A stretch of DNA of 64,000 nucleotides from Dehalococcoidia bacterium (GTDB taxonomy: Bacteria; Chloroflexota; Dehalococcoidia; Lucifugimonadales; QGNO01): positions 642,668 to 706,667 of the forward strand of contig OZ252212.1 of assembly GCA_965248955.1 (NCBI GenBank), in the 5' to 3' direction. This document shows positions 63,310 to 64,000 of this stretch, one piece after another. Both the position numbers and the translations under genes were made by a program. The notes below the pieces were generated by a model. It worked only from the letters and a program-made list of their open reading frames with translations. It was not told where the DNA came from and did not search any database. Positions within the stretch are counted from its first letter, which is position 1. The number at the start of each line of letters is the position of its first letter.

Positions 63310-64000
63310 ATGAAGATACCAATATCCTGGCTGAAAGAATACGTGGACATGGCCTTGCCGGCAAACGAGCTGGCACACCGTTTGACCATGGCCGGCCTGG
63401 AGACCGGCGACGTCGAAGTCATAGGCGAGCAATGGGACAACATCTCCGTCGGCTTGGTTGTGAAAGCCGAACAGCATCCCAATGCCGACCGGCTCAAGCT
63501 GGCCACGGTAGACCTGGGGAGCGAGCGGGTCACGGTAGTTTGCGGTGGTCCCAATCTGGCTGAAGGACAGAAGATAGCATTCGCCGGATTGGGGGCGCGC
63601 CTGATCAATCCTCAGTCGGGCAAGCCGGAGACGTTGAAAGAGGCCAACATCCGGGGCGTCGCGTCGCGGGGCATGGTCTGCTCGGAGCGCGAGTTGGGGC
63701 TGGGTGAAGACCACGATGGCATACTTGTGCTTAACGACGGCGCACCCGTGGGCACTCCACTGGCCGAATACCTGGGCGACGCTGTGCTGAACACCGAAGT
63801 TACCCCCAACAGACCCGACTGGCTGTCCATGCTCGGCGTGGCCTATGAAGTGGCGGCTCTCAGCGGCAGCGGAGTGCGTGAGCCGGACGTCTCCTATCCT
63901 GAAGTGGAACCCGTAATCGAGCAGGAGGTCAAGGTATTCATCGACGACCCTGACCTTGCACCCAGGTACACGGCAAGCCTGATCAAGGGAGTGAAGGTGG
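63310..64000 (+). CDS. pheT: Phenylalanine--tRNA ligase beta subunit (5' part; runs off the window)
   Basis: Own translation gives MKIPISWLKEYVDMALPANELAHRLTMAGLETGDVEVIG...HPNADRLKLATVDLG, the PheT N-terminus and tRNA-binding OB domain. It is not in the track because no stop lies inside the window. Confidence 0.9.
   Translation, partial: MKIPISWLKEYVDMALPANELAHRLTMAGLETGDVEVIGEQWDNISVGLVVKAEQHPNADRLKLATVDLGSERVTVVCGGPNLAEGQKIAFAGLGARLINPQSGKPETLKEANIRGVASRGMVCSERELGLGEDHDGILVLNDGAPVGTPLAEYLGDAVLNTEVTPNRPDWLSMLGVAYEVAALSGSGVREPDVSYPEVEPVIEQEVKVFIDDPDLAPRYTASLIKGVKV

Overview
The window is a 64 kb high-GC bacterial chromosome segment. Hand counts of single 60-nt lines give about 60-68% GC in typical coding stretches. 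It is densely packed with housekeeping genes on both strands:
- Replication, repair and transcription: dnaE, ruvB, rho, ogt, comM/yifB.
- Translation-related: gatCA, pheT, tlyA, rsmD, and a four-gene tRNA operon (Ile-Leu-Arg-Val).
- Central and cofactor metabolism: folC, tyrA-aroA-gmk, glpX with a class I fba, pyrG, coaD, coaE, moaA, moaC.
- Trehalose synthesis: treT and otsA.
- Transport: two MFS transporters, an L-lactate permease and a heterodimeric ABC exporter pair.
- Envelope stress: a PspC / LiaF-like pair.

Protein flavour (an archaeal-type TreT, many small Zn-ribbon/SWIM proteins, abundant intergenic hairpin repeats) suggests a Chloroflexota-like environmental genome, but that is only a guess. 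I found no rRNA, CRISPR array, intact transposase or intact prophage.

I did not find a convincing multi-gene novel system. The parts that deserve a second look are:
1. A clearly low-GC (40-42% by hand count) two-ORF cassette wedged between moaA and an unusual RNase HI-MoaC fusion ORF, and translationally coupled to the fusion.
2. A ~420 bp insertion downstream of an amidohydrolase gene, flanked by a 71-nt duplication of that gene's 3' end whose differences are mostly synonymous.
3. A decayed integrative remnant next to the tRNA cluster (serine-recombinase, hydrolase and ArsR-like fragments), flanked by an imperfect direct repeat.
4. Several families of dispersed intergenic hairpin/REP-like repeats.
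5. Two genes broken by single lesions: an in-frame TGA in a DUF4389 gene and a +1 frameshift in a helix-hairpin-helix gene.
6. A 12-bp stem hairpin that sequesters the glpX Shine-Dalgarno.
7. A tRNA-Arg with anticodon GCG.

All family assignments come from motif recognition by eye. No database search was run.
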